Below are positions 54,210 through 64,000 of a stretch of DNA of 64,000 nt, piece after piece. The DNA is from the human T2T-CHM13v2.0 reference genome, Homo sapiens. Position numbers and translations under genes: made by a program. Under the pieces are notes generated by a model. The model made no database searches. It was not told the origin of the DNA and was given only the letters and a program-made list of their open reading frames with translations. The stretch is from assembly GCF_009914755.1 (NCBI RefSeq), contig NC_060943.1. One strand, given 5' to 3'. Positions within the stretch are counted from its first letter, which is position 1, and every line of letters starts with the position of its first letter.

Positions 54210-55116
54210 GGAGGGGAGGAGCCAAGATGGCCGAATAGTAACAGCTCTGGTCTACAGCTCCCAGCGTGAGTGATGCAGAAGATGGGTGATTTCTGCATTT
54301 CCATCTGAGGTAATGGGTTCATATCACTAGGGAGTGCCAGACAGTGGGTGCAGGACAGTGGGTGCACACACTGTGCACAAGCCGAAGCAGGGCGAGGCAT
54401 TGCCTCACTTGGGAAGTGCAAGGGGTCAGGGAGTTCCCTTTCTGAGTCAAAGAAAGGGGTGACAGAAGAACCTGGAAAATCGGGTCACTCCCACCTGAAT
54501 ACTGGGCTTTTCTGACCGGTTTAAAAAATGGCACATCAGGAGATTATATCCTGCACCTGGCTTGGAGGGTCCTATGCCCACGGAGTTTTGTTAATTGCTA
54601 GCACAGCAGTCTGAGATCAAACTGCAAGGTGGCAGTGAGGCTGGGGGAGGGGCGCCCACCATTGCCCAGGCTTGCTTAGGTAAACAAAGCAGCTGGGAAG
54701 CTCGAACTGGGTGGAGCCCTCCACAGCTCAAGGAGGCCTGCCTGTCTCTGTAGGCTCCACCTCTGGGGACAGGGAACAGACAAACAAAAAGACAGCAGTA
54801 ACCTCGGCAGACTTAAATGTCCCTGTCTGACAGCTTTGAAGAGAGCAGTGGTTCTCCCAACACACAGCTGAAGATATGAGAATGGGCAGACTGCCTCCTC
54901 AAGTGGGTCCCTGACCGCTGACACCCAAGCAGCCTAACTGGGAGGCACTGCCCAGCAGGGGCACACTGACACCTCACATGGCAGGGTATTCCAGCAGACC
55001 TGAAGCTGAGGGTCCTGTCTGTTAAAAGGAAAACTAACAAACAGAAAGGACATCCACACCAAAACCCATCTGTACATCACCGTCATCAAAGACCAAAAGT
55101 AGATAAAACCACAAAG
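54210..55116 (+). promoter_or_regulatory. L1 5'UTR internal promoter with YY1 site
   Basis: YY1 motif CAAGATGGCCG at 54223-54233. Many CpGs have decayed to TG/CA. Confidence 0.8.
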
Positions 55117-56132
55117 ATGGGGAAAAAACAGAACAGAAAAACTGGAAACTCTAAAAAGCAGAGCGCCTCTCCTCCTCCAAAGGAATGCAGTTCCTCACCA
55201 GCAACGGAACAAAGCTGGATGGAGAATGACTTTGACGAGTTGAGAGAAGAAGGCTTCAGATGATCAAATTACTCTGAGCTATGGGAGGACATTCAAACCA
55301 AAGGCAAAGAAGTTGAAAACTTTGAAAAAAATTTAGAAGAATGTATAACTAGAATAACCAATACAGAGGAGTGCTTAAAGGAGCAGATGGAGCTGAAAAC
55401 CAAGGCTTGAGAACTATGTGAAGAATGCAGAAGCCTCAGGAGCTGATGTGATCAACTGCAAGAAGGGTATCAGCAATGAAAGATGAAATGAATGAAATGA
55501 AGCGAGAAGGGAAGTTTAGAGAAAAAAGAATAAAAAGAAATGAGCAAAGCCTCCAAGAAATATGCGACTATGTGAAAAGACCAAATCTACGTCTGATTGG
55601 TGTACCTGAAAGTGACGGGGAGGATGGAACCAAGTTGGAAAACACTCTGCAGGATATTATCCAGGAGAACTTCTCCAATCTAGCAAGGCAGGCCAACGTT
55701 CAGATTAAGGAAATACAGAGAACGACACAAAGATACTCCTCGAGAAGAGCAACTCCAAGACATATAACTGTCAGATTCACCAAAGTTGAAATGAAGGAAA
55801 AAATGTTAAGGGCAGCCAGAGAGAAAGGTGGGGCTACCCTCAAAGGGAAGCCCATCAGACTAACAGTGGATCTCTGGGCAGAAACCCTACAAGCCAGAAG
55901 AGAGTGGGGGCCAATATTCAACATTCTTAAAGAAAAGAATTTTCAACCCAGAATTTCATATCCAGCCAAACGAAGCTTCGTGAGTGAAGGAGAAATAAAA
56001 TAATTTGCAGACAAGCAAATGCTGAGAGATTTTGTCACCACCAGGCCTGCCATAAAAGAGCTCCTGAAGGAAGCGCTAAACATGGAAAGGAACAACTGGT
56101 ACCAGCCACTGCAAAATCATGCCAAAATGTAA
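55117..56132 (+). pseudogene. ORF1: L1 ORF1p, disrupted
   Basis: ATGGGGAAAAAACAG at 55117 and terminal TAA at 56130-56132. In-frame TGA at 55261, 55408 and 55444, a 1-bp deletion near 55463, and TAA at 56001. The track ORF 55476..56003 is the C-terminal part (RPNLRLIGVPE, REKG, ARR). Confidence 0.93.
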
Positions 56133-56195
56133 AGACCATCGAGACTAGGAAGAAACTGCATCAACTAACGAGCAAAATCACCAACTAACATCATA

Positions 56196-59917
<3,722 letters not shown>

Positions 59918-60127
59918 ACAATGAGATCACATGGACACAGGAAGGTTACTATCACACTCTGGGGACTGTTGTGGGGTGGGGGCGGGGGGAGGGGTAGCAT
60001 TGGGAGATATACCTAATGCTAGATGACGAGTTAGTGGTTGCAGCGCACCAGCATGACACACATGTATACATATGTAACTAACTTGCACAATGTGCACATG
60101 TACCCTAAAACTTAAAGTATAATAAAA

Positions 60128-63100
60128 AAAAAATCATTCTGAGGAACTTCTTTGTGATGTGTGCATTCATATCAGAGAATTGAACGTTTCTTTTGATTGA
60201 GCAGTTTGGAAATACTCTTTTTGTCCAAACTACAGGTGGATATTTGGATCGCTTTGAGGCCTATTGTGGAAAGGGAAATATCTTCACATAAAAACTACAC
60301 AGAAGATTTCTGAGAAACTTATTTGCTATGTGTGCATTCAACTCTCAGTGTTGAACCTATCTTTGAATGAGCAGTTTTGAAACTCCCTTTTTGGAAAATC
60401 TGCAAATCGATATTTGGACCCATTTGCAGCTTATGGTGGAAAAGGAAATATCTTCAATTAAAAACTACACCGAAGCATTCTTAGAAAATTCTTTGTGGTG
60501 TGTGCATTCATGTCACAGAGTTGAAACTTTCTTTTGATAGAGCAGTTTTGAAACACTCTTTTTGTAGAAACTACAGGTGGATATTTGGAGCGCTTTGAGG
60601 CCTATTGTGGAAAGGGAAATATCTTCACATAAAAACTACACAGAAGCATTCTGAGAACGTTCTTTGTGATGTGTGCCTTCAACTCTCAGTGTTGAACCTA
60701 TCTTTGATTGAGCAGTTTTGAAACTCCCTTTCTGGAAAATCTGCAAATGGATACTTGGAGCCGTTTGCAGCCTATGGTGGAAAAGGAAATATATTCAAAT
60801 AAAAACTACACAGAAGCATTCTGAGAAAATTCTTTGTGGTGTGTGCATTCATGTCACAGAGTTGAAACTTTCTTTTGATTGAGCAGTTTTGAAATATTCT
60901 TTTTGTAGAGTCTGCATGTGGATATTTGGAGTGCTTTGAGGCCAATGGTGGAAAAGGAAATATCTTCACAGAAAAAATACGCAGAATAATTCTGAGAAAT
61001 TACTTAGTGATGTGTGCATACATCTCACAGAGTTGAAACCTTCTTTTGATTGAGCAGTTTTGAAACACTCTTTTTATTGAATCTGCAAGTGGATATTTGG
61101 AGTGCTTTGAGGCCTATGGTGGAAAAGGAAATATCTTCACATAAAAACTACTCAAAAACATTCTGAGAAACTTCTTTGTGATATGTGCATTTATCTCACA
61201 GAGTTGAGGATTTCTTTTGATTGAGCGGTTTGGAAACTTCTTTTTGAAGAATCTGCAAGTGGATATTTGGAGCGCTTTGAGTCCTATCGTGGAAAAGGTA
61301 ATATCTTCACATAAAAAGTACATAGAAGCATTCTGTGAAACTTGTTTTTGATGTGTGCATTGCACTCACGTAGGTGAACCTATCTTTTCATTGAGCAGTT
61401 TTGAAACACTCTTTTTGTGGATTCCACAAGTGGATGTTTGGAGCGTTTTGAAGGTTAAGCTGGAAAAGGAACTATCTTCACATAAAAACTATACAGAAGC
61501 TTTCTGAGAAACTTCTTTGTGATGTGTGCAATCAACTCACAGATTTAAACCCATCTTCTGATTGAGCAGTTTTGAAAGTCTCTTTTTGTAGAATCTGCAA
61601 GTGGATATTTGGAACCGTTTGTGGCCTATGGGGGAAAAGGAAATATCTTCACATAAAAACTACACAGAAGCATTTTGAAAAACTTCTTTGTGATGTGTGC
61701 ATTCATCTCACATAGTTGAACCTTATTTTTGATTGAACAGTTTTGAAACTTCTTTTTGTTGAATCTGCAAGTGGATATTTGGAGCTATTTGTGGCCTATG
61801 GTTGAAAAGGATATATGTTCACATAAAAGCTATAGAGAAGAATTCTGAGAAACTTCTTTGTGACGTGTGCAGTCAACTCACAGAGTTGAACCTATCTTTT
61901 GAAAGAGCAGTTTGAAACACTCTTTTTGTAGAATCTGCAAGTGGATATTTGGAGCCTTTTGCATCCTATAGTGGAAAAGGAAATATTTTCACATAGAAAC
62001 TACACAGAATCATTCTGAGAAACTTCTTTGTGATGTGTGCATTCATCTCACAGAGCTGAACCTTTCTTTTGATTGAGCAGTTTTGAAACACTCTTTTTGT
62101 AGATTCTGTAAGTAGATATTTGGAGTGCTTTGAAGCCTATTGTGGAAAAGGAAATATCTTCACATAAACACTACAAAGAGGCATGCTGAGAAACTTCTTT
62201 GCGATGTGAGCATTCATCTCACAGAGGTGATCCTTTCTTTTGTTTGAGCAGTGGGGAAACTCTCTTTTTTTAGAATCTGCAAGTGGATATTTGGAGCGCT
62301 TTGAGGCCTATTCAGGAAAAGGGAACATCTTCACACAAAAACTACAAAGAAACATTCTGAGAAACTACTTTGTGATGTGTGCATTCATCTCACAGAGTTG
62401 AACTTTTCTTTTGATTGAGCAGTTTTGAAAATCTCTTTTTATGGAATCTGCAAGTGGATATTTGGAGTGCTTTGAGGCGAATTGTGGAAAAGGAAATATG
62501 TTCACATAAACACTACACAGAAGCATTCTGAGAAACGTCTTCGTGACATGGGCCTTCATCTCAGAGAGTTGAACCTTTCTTTTGATTGAGCAGTTTTGAA
62601 ACTCTCTTTTTGTAGAGTCTACAAGTGGATATTTGGAGACATTTGTGGCCTATGGTGGAAAAGGAAATATCTTCACATAACAACTACACAGAAGCATTCT
62701 GGGAAACTTCATTTTGATGTGTGCAATCAACTCACAGATTTGAAATTATCTTTTAATTGAGCAGTTTGAAACTCTCTTTTTGTAGAATCTGCAAGTGGAT
62801 ATGTGGAGCCATTTGCAGTCTATGGTGGAAAAGGAAATATCTTCACATAGAAACTACACAGAAGCATTGTGAGAAACTACTTTGTGTTGTGTGTAATCTA
62901 CTCACAGAGTTGAACATATCTTTTGATTGAGCAGCTTTGAAACTCTCTTTTTGTAGAATCTGTAAGTGGATATTTGGAGCCTTTTGTGGCCTATGGTGGA
63001 AAAGGAAATATCTACAAATTAAAACTACACAGAAGCATTCTGAGAAACTTCTTTGTGATGTGAGCATTCATCTCACAGAGTTGAATCTTTCTTTTGATTG

Positions 63101-64000
63101 AGCAGTTTGAAAATGCTCTTTTTGTAGAATCTGCAAGTGGATATTTGGAGTGCCTTGAGGCCTATTGTGGAAAAGGGAAACATCTTCACATAAAAACTAC
63201 ACAGAAGTAATCTGATAAACTTCTTTGTGATGTGTGCATTCATCTCACAGAGTTGAACCTTTATTTTTATTGAGCAGTTTGGAAGAACTCTTTTTGTACA
63301 TTCTGCAAGTAGATATTCTTTGTGATGTGTGCATTCAACTCACAGAGTTGAAAGTATCTTTTGATTGAGTAGTTTTGAAACAGTCTTTTTGTAGAATCTG
63401 CAAGTGGATATTTGGAGTGCTTTGAGGCCTGTGGTGGAAAACGAAATATCTTCTCATCAAAAATACACAGAAGCATATTGAGAAAATTCTTGTGATGTGT
63501 GCATTCATCTCACAGAGTTGAATCTTTCTTTTGATTGAGCAATTTTGAAACACTCGTTTTGTAGAATCTGCAAGTGGATATTTGGAGCGCCTTGAGGCCT
63601 GTTGTGGAAAAGGGAAACATCTTCACATAAAAACTACACAGAAGTAATCTGAGAAACTTCTTTGTGATGTGTGCATTCATCTCACAGAGTTGAATCTTTA
63701 TTTTGATTGAGCAGTTTGGAAGAACTTTTTTGTACATTCTGCAAGTGGATATTTGGAGTGCTTTGAGGCCTATTCTGGAAAAGGAAATATCTTCACACAA
63801 AAACTACACAGAAGCATTCTGAGAAACTTCTCTGTGATGTGTGCATTCAACTCACAGAGTTGAAAGTGTCTTTTGATTGAGTAGTTTTGAAACAGTCTTT
63901 TTGTAGAATCTGCAAGTGGATATTTGGAGTGCTTTGAGGCCTATGGTGGAAAAGGAAATATCTTCTCATCAAAAATACACAGAAGCGTACTGAGAAAATT
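60128..64000 (+). repeat. Monomeric alpha satellite, younger 171-bp layer (SF4/M1-like)
   Basis: Same monomer type as 47787-54209, and the interrupted monomer resumes in register after the TSD. Confidence 0.95.

Noticed and set aside
47663-54340. The L1 stub as an inversion or twin-priming product of the full-length L1
   Set aside because: The full L1 retains its own 5' end and TSD. The stub has different substitutions and its own plausible endonuclease site (TTTT/GA near 47800), and the intervening satellite is not inverted.
54017-55040. Antisense ORFs in the L1 5'UTR, including an ORF0-like frame (54676-54924)
   Set aside because: These are a generic feature of L1PA elements, and this copy is mutated and has no supporting evidence of function.
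59973-59994. G-rich quadruplex-like tract
   Set aside because: This is the standard L1 3'UTR polypurine tract.

Overview
Primate (hominoid-type, probably human or great ape) pericentromeric heterochromatin. About 87% of the window is diverged, monomeric alpha satellite in one orientation. Every monomer I read carries the A-type pJ-alpha box, and I saw no CENP-B box. Two strata are present: an older ~172-bp monomer type (1-46838) and a younger 171-bp, SF4/M1-like type (47787-64000). Inserted elements are an AluY-like SINE (minus strand), a complete MER11 (HERV-K11/HML-8) solo LTR, and a dead full-length L1PA2/PA3 with its TSD. The most notable structure is the stratum boundary: a 5'-truncated MER11 LTR is fused through a 2-bp microhomology to the first ~124 nt of a second L1, which looks like the scar of a multi-kb deletion. 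Several fossil higher-order or tandem duplications and one young-type monomer patch inside the old array are also visible. There are no host protein-coding genes, and the many short ORFs are satellite translation artefacts. I find no support for a novel gene-encoded system. Family and subfamily calls come from recalled consensus sequences, not from a database search.
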